Positions 16,472 to 24,073 of a stretch of DNA of 47,072 nucleotides are shown one piece after another. This DNA comes from Alphaproteobacteria bacterium (lineage in GTDB: Bacteria > Pseudomonadota > Alphaproteobacteria > ATCC43930 > CGMCC-115725). The notes below the pieces were generated by a model. It saw only the letters and a program-made list of their open reading frames with translations, was not told where the DNA came from and searched no databases. The translations under genes and the position numbers were made by a program. Within the stretch, counting starts at the first letter, position 1. Each line of letters opens with the position of its first letter. The stretch covers positions 1 through 47,072 of the forward strand of contig JAGWIH010000001.1 in the NCBI GenBank assembly GCA_028866355.1. The letters run 5' to 3'.

Positions 16472-17962
16472 CTAACTTTCGGAGATGTCTTCGAGAACGC
16501 CGGCCGCCACACGGCTACGTTCGAGTTCCTGGCGGAGCGCCTGTTTCATCCGCACGAGGCCGGCTTCGGTTGTGCCTTCGCAACGGGCGAGCAAGGCGGC
16601 GCGGTGGCGCGACGCGCGCAATAGCCACCAGCCTTCGTCAGCTTTGAACCGGACGCCGTCTATGGTGGTGATTTCGGCCCCGGCCGCGGTCAGCCGCGCG
16701 CCGATTTCATCGATCACCGCATTCTTGCGGTCGTTGGCGCATGGCAGAGCCAGCTCGGGAATGTCGAACGTCTGGGGCAGGCCGTCTCGCAATGCCGCGA
16801 GGCTGCAATCGGCACGCGACACCACGTTCATGAGTCGCACGGCCGCATAGAGCGCGTCATCATATTGGCCGTCCTGATCGCCGAAAAAGACATGTCCGTT
16901 GGCTTCGCCCGCCAGGAGTGCGCCAGTTTCGGCGACCTTGACCTCGATCGCGCCACGGCCCGCGCGTGTCATCACTGGCACGCCGCCGAGCCGGGCAATC
17001 TCGTCGAAGAAGGTCTGGCTCGCGCCAACGTCGCCAATGATCGCCGCGCCCGGGTGGGTCTGAAGAACGTCGCGCGCCAGCAGCAGCAAAGTCTGGTCGA
17101 TGCGAAGAATGCGCCCTTCGCCGTCGACGACCCCAAGACGGTCGCCGTCACCGTCGAAGGCGACGCCGATATCGCATTCCTCGGCGACGACGATCTTGCG
17201 CAATCGTTCGAGCGCGTCGGGTCGCGCCGGATCCGGTCGATGATCGGGAAAGGTACCGTCGACCATCTCGTTCAACAGAACATGACGCCCGGGAAGACGG
17301 GTGCACAGCTTGGTCAGGACCGCGCCGACGGCGCCGTTGCTTGCGTCCCACGCTACGGCGAGTGGATGTTCAAGCTTAAGCGCTTCGCTCAGCCGGTTGA
17401 CATAGGCGTCAAGCATCGGCCGGTTGAGCATCAGCCCATCGTCCGATGCGAACGCGCCGCGCGCGGCGACGTCACCGAGCTGCCGAATGTCGGCTTGCGT
17501 CAACGATCGACCGCGCACGCTCAGTTTGAATCCATTGTATTCGGCCGGATCATGCGATCCGGTCACCATCACCGCCGCGTCGGCGCGTAGCCGTATGCGC
17601 GCGAATTGCAGCATCGGCGTCGGGCCGAGGCCGACGCGCGCGACCTGCATTCCGGCCGTAATCATACCGCGCGCGAAAGCGACAGCGAGCGCGCGCGACG
17701 TCACCCGACCGTCGAATCCCAGGACTGTGGTCCGTCCGCCGCGTTCGGCGACAAGCGTTCCGAAGGCGGCGCCCAGCGCGGCGGCGTCGGTGGCGTCGAG
17801 CGTCTGACCGACGATTCCGCGTATATCCTCATCGCGGAGAATGGCCGGATTGACGGCACGTGCGCCGATCATCGGCGCAGACGTCAGCGACGGCAGACGC
17901 TCGGGACGCACGCGCCCTCGCGCGACCGCGCCAACGGCGCGATAGGGCTGTCCGTTGGTCAT
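16472..17962 (-). CDS. alpha-D-phosphohexomutase family protein (phosphomannomutase/phosphoglucomutase-like), motif-divergent
   Basis: The ATG at 17962 forms a TGATG overlap with the upstream stop; the ORF-track start at 17965 is TTG. It has the phosphoserine loop TGSHDPAEYNGFK, the metal loop FDGDGDR and the sugar loop GEANGH. The phosphate-binding loop reads RASRHRA instead of the usual RASNT-x-P. Confidence 0.75.
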   Translation of the reverse strand: MTNGQPYRAVGAVARGRVRPERLPSLTSAPMIGARAVNPAILRDEDIRGIVGQTLDATDAAALGAAFGTLVAERGGRTTVLGFDGRVTSRALAVAFARGMITAGMQVARVGLGPTPMLQFARIRLRADAAVMVTGSHDPAEYNGFKLSVRGRSLTQADIRQLGDVAARGAFASDDGLMLNRPMLDAYVNRLSEALKLEHPLAVAWDASNGAVGAVLTKLCTRLPGRHVLLNEMVDGTFPDHRPDPARPDALERLRKIVVAEECDIGVAFDGDGDRLGVVDGEGRILRIDQTLLLLARDVLQTHPGAAIIGDVGASQTFFDEIARLGGVPVMTRAGRGAIEVKVAETGALLAGEANGHVFFGDQDGQYDDALYAAVRLMNVVSRADCSLAALRDGLPQTFDIPELALPCANDRKNAVIDEIGARLTAAGAEITTIDGVRFKADEGWWLLRASRHRAALLARCEGTTEAGLVRMKQALRQELERSRVAAGVLEDISES

Positions 17963-18879
17963 CAAGAAGCCTGTCGAGCGGTCGGCTCGACCAAGCGCAG
18001 TCGGTTATTGGCGCTGGCAAGGCGGGCATAACGGCTCAACAAATTACGCGCCGACGGGGCTAGATCGGTGCGCGCCAAGATATGCGCGAGGTTGGCCTCG
18101 AAAAGGCCGAGCGCATCGCCGCAATCGAAATACCGACCGGCAAAGGCGTAGGCATGCAACGTCCGGTTATCCACGCAGCGGGCGATCACATCGGCGAATG
18201 GCCGGTCGCCGGCGGTGCCGAGACAGTCAAGGATCGCGGGTTCGAAGATGCACCGGCCGGCAATCGCCCATCGTCGGGCTCCGCCGCCGGTTTCCGGCCA
18301 ATCGTCGACGCCAGCGGCTGCGAGCAGTCGATCGTCGCGGCGCCGGGCGGCGATCACGCCGTGACGCGCCGTGCGGCTGCGTGCGGCCGGTGTTACGGCG
18401 ACGAGATTGCCGCCAACCTGCGCGTAGGCCTCGATCATCTGCGCGAGGCACGGCGTTTTTGCCTGAATGACCTCGTCCGGCATGACGACCGCAAACGGCT
18501 CGTCGCCGACGACGCGTCGCGCGCACCACAAGGCATGCGCGACGCCCAGCGGCTCCAGCTGCCTTATATAGGCGATGGTTCCCGACCCGAAGTCGCTCGA
18601 CTCGATCGCCGCAAGTGCGCCGCCCTTGCGGGCCCGGCGGAGCGTGTCTTCGAGTTCGGTCGCACAGTCGAAATGATCCTCAATCGTTCCTTTGCCACGG
18701 CCGGTGACGATGACGACCTCGTCGATACCCGCGGCGCGTGCTTCTTCGACCGCATATTGGATCAGTGGTCGATCGACCAGCGGCAGCATTTCCTTGGGGA
18801 CCGCCTTGGCCGCGGGAAGAAACCGCGTATCGAGCGCGCCCACGGGGATCACCGCGCGGCGGACAATGGATTTCGTCAT
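17962..18879 (-). CDS. UTP--glucose-1-phosphate uridylyltransferase-like protein (GalU-like), motif-divergent
   Basis: It has an ATG start. VIPVGALDTRFLPAAKAVPKEMLPLVDRPLIQYAVEEA aligns to the GalU N-terminus. However, the canonical A-G-L-G-T-R reads G-A-L-D-T-R; I verified this codon by codon on the minus strand. Confidence 0.7.
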   Translation of the reverse strand: MTKSIVRRAVIPVGALDTRFLPAAKAVPKEMLPLVDRPLIQYAVEEARAAGIDEVVIVTGRGKGTIEDHFDCATELEDTLRRARKGGALAAIESSDFGSGTIAYIRQLEPLGVAHALWCARRVVGDEPFAVVMPDEVIQAKTPCLAQMIEAYAQVGGNLVAVTPAARSRTARHGVIAARRRDDRLLAAAGVDDWPETGGGARRWAIAGRCIFEPAILDCLGTAGDRPFADVIARCVDNRTLHAYAFAGRYFDCGDALGLFEANLAHILARTDLAPSARNLLSRYARLASANNRLRLVEPTARQAS

Positions 18880-19055
18880 GTGTCGCTGTACTCCGAAATG
18901 TGCCGAGATGTGTTCATCGACTTAAGACGGCCGGCTATCGCCTTTATTCCAATGTCGGAGACATGCTTTTCCAGTGCGTGGAATAAAGTCGGCACCTGGC
19001 CGTCCATATCATTGTGTCGTGGCGTCAATTACGCGCGGGCTAAATCCGTGGCAGA

Positions 19056-19080
19056 GAACCGCTCCAGCAACGTCATCGTT
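19056..19080 (+). promoter_or_regulatory. candidate ECF-type promoter (GAAC-N17-CGTT)
   Basis: GAAC lies at 19056-19059 and CGTT at 19077-19080, separated by 17 nt. The element sits about 30 nt upstream of the GTG at 19111. It resembles the GGAAC-N16/17-CGTT class of ECF promoters, but the first G is an A. Confidence 0.3.
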
Positions 19081-19110
19081 CTGCCGCATCGGCGTCGCAC
19101 GCGCTGGCGG

Positions 19111-19518
19111 GTGGCGGCGCTCCGTTGGTGGTCGCATCACGACACGTGCCAACCCGCGCTGCCGCCGCCATCGACGATCAGCGATTACGATCTGCATGCA
19201 TTTGTCGATAACGCGCTCGATGCCGTGCGACACAAGCAGGTACAGGCGTTTCTCACGCAGCACCCCGCGCTAGCTGCCGACGCCGACGCCTATACCCGAC
19301 AAAACCGCCTATTGCGGGCGCTCAAGCGTCCATCGAGACCGAATTCGCCGGCGCTGAGCTACCTCGCGGTCCAACTCACCTTCCGTCTGACGCGTGGGCG
19401 CATCGCCCGCGCGGCGGCGTGTTGCGTGGCAGGGGCGGTAATCGCTCTCGCCGGTTGGTCATTCCTGTCGGACGATTGGACCGTCATGCCGCGCCTGATC
19501 GCGGCGGCGGGGCTGTAA
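19111..19518 (+). CDS. probable membrane-anchored anti-sigma factor (minimal, single C-terminal TM)
   Basis: This is the 3' part of ORF 18082..19518. DYDLHAFVDNALDAVRHKQVQAFLTQHPALAADADAYTRQNRLLRAL matches the N-terminal sigma-binding helix pattern of ECF anti-sigma factors. One TM segment (AAACCVAGAVIALAGWSF) follows, then only a short tail. The start is uncertain: GTG 19111 is chosen, and the in-frame ATG at 18952 is the alternative. Confidence 0.5.
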   Translation: MAALRWWSHHDTCQPALPPPSTISDYDLHAFVDNALDAVRHKQVQAFLTQHPALAADADAYTRQNRLLRALKRPSRPNSPALSYLAVQLTFRLTRGRIARAAACCVAGAVIALAGWSFLSDDWTVMPRLIAAAGL

Positions 19519-19811
19519 TCGCCGCGCATTGACGATTGCTCCTTTGTGACTATTCCGTGGTTCAGGCCACGGGAAATCCCGCGATATAAGGGGTGCCCGC
19601 GTCAAATTTGTGCCCCATTTGGCGGTTTAGATTCACCAACAGTTGCCGTCGCGAACCGCGCGTCGGGGCGTCTCTTGGGGCGCCGCATCGGATTGGATGC
19701 CATTTCGCCTACGCCGGAGGAGGGGACAACGCGGTCGATCTCGCTCTCGATGTCCACACGTCAACCAGAACGCACGTGTGTCGGACCAATTTTTGTGTGA
19801 GGTGAATAGCG

Positions 19812-20639
19812 ATGACGACGCTGCAGAAGGAAGCCGCCTGGTCGAACACGAATGTCGCGATCATGGCGAACGAATCGAATCAACCGAATCAGATCGAGCC
19901 GGCGTCCGCCGGCCGCACCAAGTTGGTGCTGGTCGATGACGACGCGGATTATCGCGAAGCCGCGTCGGCGGAGCTTACAGAGCTCGCCTTCGAGGTGTTG
20001 GCGTTCGCCGCCGGCGACGAGATGCTCGAGTACTTCGCCCAGAACAACGACGCCGACATCATCGTGCTCGACTGGAAGCTGCCGGGCGGACTCGGCATCG
20101 ACCTGCTGCCCAAACTACATGATCGCGGCATCCGGTTGCCGGTGGTGTTTCTCACCGGCATGCCGGCGACCGCTTACGAGAACGCGGCGCTTGATCGCGG
20201 CGCGCTCGATTTCGTCGACAAAGCGCGCGGCGTTCCAATTCTTGCCAAACGCATCCGCTTGATCCTGGATTCGCACCGCCGCGCCCGCGAGACGCCCGCC
20301 AAATCGGCGCTCACCTGCGGAAAATTGACGCTGCGGCCGGACGTTAATCGCGCGTTCTGGGACAACCGGGACGTCAATCTGACGGTGACGGAATTCAACA
20401 TCGTTCACCTGATGGTGGCGCATGCCGGCGAGCACGTGACCTATCGGTCGATCTATGATTGCGTCCATCATGCCGGATTCGTGGCCGGCAACGGCGACGA
20501 GGGCTACCGTACGAATGTCCGCTCGTCGATCAAACGAATCCGCAACAAATTCCGGGCGCTCGATGGCGAATTCTCCGAAATCGAGAACTTTCCGGCATTC
20601 GGATACCGGTGGCGCACCGCGCCGGCCCAGCCTGCCTGA
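19812..20639 (+). CDS. OmpR/PhoB-family response regulator (receiver plus winged-helix DNA-binding domain)
   Basis: The ATG is preceded by GAGGTG. The receiver residues are present (VDDD, IIVLDWKLPG, VVFLTG, FVDKA). The C-terminal trans_reg_C pattern is LTVTEFNIVHLMV...IKRIRNKF...GYRW. Confidence 0.85.
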   Translation: MTTLQKEAAWSNTNVAIMANESNQPNQIEPASAGRTKLVLVDDDADYREAASAELTELAFEVLAFAAGDEMLEYFAQNNDADIIVLDWKLPGGLGIDLLPKLHDRGIRLPVVFLTGMPATAYENAALDRGALDFVDKARGVPILAKRIRLILDSHRRARETPAKSALTCGKLTLRPDVNRAFWDNRDVNLTVTEFNIVHLMVAHAGEHVTYRSIYDCVHHAGFVAGNGDEGYRTNVRSSIKRIRNKFRALDGEFSEIENFPAFGYRWRTAPAQPA

Positions 20640-20640
20640 C

Positions 20641-20895
20641 GGTCGGCCGTCGCGAGACAAGCATGCCGCCGCCGACGAGACGGCGCACGCTTTCAAGGGA
20701 TCGTTGGCGACGATCCGTTCGTCGATCGAGCCGTTGCGCCGCGCGGTGCCGCCGGAGAATGCGCGCGCGCGACGGGCGCTCGAACTGATCGAAGCCGCGG
20801 TCGATCGCCTCGTTGCCTTGGTCGAGGCGGTACACGAGCGCGACTGCGCCGCGGCCGCAGCGGACGAACCGTCGACCGACACGACACAAAACTGA
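20641..20895 (+). pseudogene. histidine-kinase DHp (HisKA) remnant or DHp-only small ORF; no ATPase domain
   Basis: The frame of ORF 20455..20895 encodes AHAFKGSLATIRSSIEPLRRAVPPENARARRALELIEAAVDRLVALVEAV. This is an H-box (His codon 20686-20688) plus the second DHp helix, and the frame stops at 20895. There is no sensor, TM or HATPase_c region. The only in-frame ATGs lie inside the response-regulator gene (e.g. 20563). Confidence 0.4.
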
Positions 20896-20930
20896 CGACG
20901 CGCCAGGAGCGTGCGCGGCGTTCCGTGGCG

Positions 20931-20951
20931 GTCACCGTTTCTGTCACCGTT
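20931..20951 (+). promoter_or_regulatory. direct repeat GTCACCGTT-tct-GTCACCGTT, candidate response-regulator box
   Basis: I read two perfect 9-mers directly, at 20931-20939 and 20943-20951. They lie ~130 nt upstream of the polysaccharide export operon start (21077) and downstream of the OmpR-type regulator. Confidence 0.3.
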
Positions 20952-21076
20952 ATGGCACAAGACCGGACCCGGTTTGATCACAACCGACCAGGCATATCGG
21001 GCCACAAAATCCGCAAAATCTTGCGTAACGCTGCGTTCGTTCGACGGGCCAGCGGAACGGTCGATGGAGTAATGCC

Positions 21077-21721
21077 ATGCGGCATTTGACGGGCGGGATC
21101 GCATCGATCGCGGCATTGAGCTTTGCCGTCGCGATCGCGTTTTCGCTGCCGGCTTCGGCGCAGTCGAATCCGGCGCTGCCGAGTTACAAATCAACGCTGC
21201 CGCCGCAACAGCAGCAAAGTCTGGCGTCGCCGACGCAAAATTCGCCGTCGGTGCCGAACGATCCGGGGTATCAACTCGGCAATGGCGATCAGCTTCGTAT
21301 CACCGTGTTCGGTCAGCCGGACTTGACCAACACCTATCAAGTCGACGGCCAGGGGATGCTCCAATTCCCACTCGTCGGCCGCATCCATGCCGGCGGCATG
21401 ACCGCCGGGCAATTGCAGCAGGAGATCGTTCATAAGTTGAGTCCGGATTACATCCGCAATCCGAGCGTCAGTGTCGAGGTGATGAATTACCGGCCGTTCT
21501 ACGTCCTGGGCGAAGTGAACAAGGCGGGTGCCTATCCCTATGTGAGCGGCATGACGGTGAACCAAGCGGTCGCTTTCGCCGGCGGCTTCACGTACCGCGC
21601 CAAGGACGACAATTTCGAGATCGATCGGAACGAGAACGGGCAGCACACCACATTCAAGGCAAGCGGTGACACCCCGGTTCGCCCCGGCGATGTCATTACG
21701 ATACCCGAGCGATTCTTCTGA
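21077..21721 (+). CDS. polysaccharide export outer-membrane/periplasmic protein (OPX; Wza/ExoF/GumB-like)
   Basis: The ATG is preceded by GGAG and a signal peptide is present. The Poly_export pattern is YQLGNGDQLRITVFGQPDLTNTYQVDGQGMLQFPLVGRIHAGGMTAGQLQQEI. An SLBB-like C-terminus follows (GDVITIPERFF). Confidence 0.85.
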   Translation: MRHLTGGIASIAALSFAVAIAFSLPASAQSNPALPSYKSTLPPQQQQSLASPTQNSPSVPNDPGYQLGNGDQLRITVFGQPDLTNTYQVDGQGMLQFPLVGRIHAGGMTAGQLQQEIVHKLSPDYIRNPSVSVEVMNYRPFYVLGEVNKAGAYPYVSGMTVNQAVAFAGGFTYRAKDDNFEIDRNENGQHTTFKASGDTPVRPGDVITIPERFF

Positions 21722-24069
21722 TGTCATTTCTCGAACCGTTGCACCAACGCCAACCGGCGTCGCGGCGTGACCTTTATGAGCGCGCGCCCCTGCAATACAT
21801 TGCCGCACCCGCTGCCGGCCCGCCGCAACAGGATCTGCTGGATACGATCCGTCGCATCTGGCGGCACCGGCTCTTGGTGCTGGCGTTCATGGCGGGGTTC
21901 GTCGTTATTGCCGCGGTCGTATTGTGGCACCTGCCGTCGCTCTATGTCGGCGAAGCGCAAGTCCAGATCGGCGTTCCCGCGACGCCGGTCCTTAGCACCG
22001 ACTTGCGCGTCGGCGGCGGCGACGCCGATACGGAGAAGGTCGAAAACGAGCGCCTCGCGATGGAGTCGCGCGATCTCGCCCGCGGCGTGATCGAGCGGCT
22101 GCATCTCGACAAAAATCCCGAATTCGCCGTCCCGCCGAAGAAGCCTGGCTTGTTGCATCGTCTGTTGCAGTTCGGCGGGCTACTGAACGCGGCGCCAACG
22201 CCGCCGGCTTCGGCTGTCGCTGAGTCGTCGACGCCCGATTCGACGGACGTCGCGGCAACGCCGGATCCGAACGACGCGGCCGCGATTGCCGCGTCGGCGC
22301 TGCCGGTTATTCCGCCCGATAACCCGACCATGGACCGGGTGGTCGACAAGCTGCTGTCGCGCGTGACGGTGACCGTCGAAGGCCGTTCGCACGTGCTGAC
22401 GATCGATGCCGAATCGGTCGACTCGGCGCTCGCGGCCAAGATCGCCAATACGTTTGCGACCACGTATTTGAGCCAACAGCGCTCGAGCAAGATCAAGTCG
22501 AGCGATCGCGTCATGCAGTACCTCAAGGCGCGCATCGCGGAGTTGCGCCAGCAGGTCGAGACCTCGGAGCAGGCGGCGGCGGATTATCGCCGCCAGAACG
22601 GCCTCTACGAGGGCATGACCAACGCCAACGTGACGACCCAACAGCTGACCGAGATCAACACGCAACTGGTTCAGGCGCAGACCGAAAAAGCGACGGCCGA
22701 CGCGCAAGTTAACGAAGCGATCGCAATGCAGCACGGCGTGGTCAATGACGCGACCGTTCCTGCGGTGCTCGACTCATCGTTGATCCAGACCCTGAAAGCG
22801 CAGCAGGCGCAGGCTGCCCAGACCTTGGCCCAAGTGAGCGCGAATTATGGTCCGCGTTACCCGGCGGTGATCCAGGCGAAGAACCAGGTCGCCGACATCA
22901 ACCGCAAGATCAACACCGAAACCAGCCGGATCATCGATGGCCTGAGGCGGACGGCGCGCGCGGCGGATGCGCGCTATGCCGCGATGACCAATAACTTCCA
23001 TAGCACCGAAAAGCAGATGGGTGGCGTCAACGAAAAGGCGATCCATCTCGAGGCGCTGGAACGCGACGCGACCGTCAATCAGAATCTGCTCGAGGCCATG
23101 CTGGCGCGCGCCAAAGAGACGATCGGCCGCGAGGAAATCGAGACGCCGGACGCCAAGCTGATTTCCGCGGCCGCGCCGCCGGTTGCGCCGACCTATCCGC
23201 CGAAGACGCTGATCCTGTTGCTGAGCGCGGTCGGTGGGTTGCTGATCGGGTCGCTGGCCGCGCTGTTGCGCGAGAGCGCGGACCACACCTTCCGTCGCTC
23301 CGACGAGCTCGAGCAGGCGACGGGGCTGCCGGTGATCGCCATGGTGCCGGATCTCAAGGGCATGGCCCAGCCCGCGCTCCACGTTCTGCGCAAGCCGGTC
23401 TCTGCGTTCAGCGAATCGCTGCGCAAGATCTATGTCGGCCTGCAACTGTCGGAGTCCACGCAGGCGCCGAAAACAGTGATGATCTCGTCGGCGACGCCCG
23501 GCGAAGGAAAATCAATGATCGTCGCGTCGCTGGCACGGCTACTGGCGCGCAATGGCAAGCGCATTCTGGTCATTGATTGCGACTGGCGCGCGCCGACGAT
23601 ACACCGCATCTTTCAGCGCTCGGACAAGAATGGCCTGGCGACGCTGCTGGCGGACGAAGGCACGCCATTGAACGACGTTATCTACAACGATCCGTTGTCC
23701 GGGCTCGATCTCATCGTTTCGGGCGGCTGGACGCCGAACGCGACGCATCTGCTCACGTCACCGCGCATGCGCAGTGCGCTGCAAACCTTCGGCAAGAACT
23801 ATGATTTGGTGATCTTGGATACCGCCCCCGTTTTGGTCGCGGCCGAAGTGCTGCAATTGGCGCGGATGGTCGACAAGGTCCTTTATACGGTGCGTTGGGG
23901 CCACACACGGCGCGAGGTGGCACTCGACGGGTTGAAGCAGCTGCTCGAGGCTGGCGCCGATGTCCCCGGCCTCTTGGTCTCGCGTGTCGACGCCAAGCGA
24001 TATCGCGAATTCGCGTACAGCCACCTCAACTACGAATACGCGCGCCCGTCGCTCGCCCATCTGGGGTAA
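21721..24069 (+). CDS. polysaccharide co-polymerase / tyrosine autokinase (PCP-2a; ExoP/Wzc-like)
   Basis: It forms a TGATG overlap with the OPX gene. It has an N-terminal TM plus a Wzz-like region, a long coiled-coil periplasmic segment and a second TM. The C-terminal kinase has Walker A GEGKS, A' ILVIDCDWR and B DLVILDTAP, with a Tyr-rich tail (RYREFAYSHLNYEYA). Confidence 0.85.
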   Translation: MSFLEPLHQRQPASRRDLYERAPLQYIAAPAAGPPQQDLLDTIRRIWRHRLLVLAFMAGFVVIAAVVLWHLPSLYVGEAQVQIGVPATPVLSTDLRVGGGDADTEKVENERLAMESRDLARGVIERLHLDKNPEFAVPPKKPGLLHRLLQFGGLLNAAPTPPASAVAESSTPDSTDVAATPDPNDAAAIAASALPVIPPDNPTMDRVVDKLLSRVTVTVEGRSHVLTIDAESVDSALAAKIANTFATTYLSQQRSSKIKSSDRVMQYLKARIAELRQQVETSEQAAADYRRQNGLYEGMTNANVTTQQLTEINTQLVQAQTEKATADAQVNEAIAMQHGVVNDATVPAVLDSSLIQTLKAQQAQAAQTLAQVSANYGPRYPAVIQAKNQVADINRKINTETSRIIDGLRRTARAADARYAAMTNNFHSTEKQMGGVNEKAIHLEALERDATVNQNLLEAMLARAKETIGREEIETPDAKLISAAAPPVAPTYPPKTLILLLSAVGGLLIGSLAALLRESADHTFRRSDELEQATGLPVIAMVPDLKGMAQPALHVLRKPVSAFSESLRKIYVGLQLSESTQAPKTVMISSATPGEGKSMIVASLARLLARNGKRILVIDCDWRAPTIHRIFQRSDKNGLATLLADEGTPLNDVIYNDPLSGLDLIVSGGWTPNATHLLTSPRMRSALQTFGKNYDLVILDTAPVLVAAEVLQLARMVDKVLYTVRWGHTRREVALDGLKQLLEAGADVPGLLVSRVDAKRYREFAYSHLNYEYARPSLAHLG

Positions 24070-24073
24070 CGCC

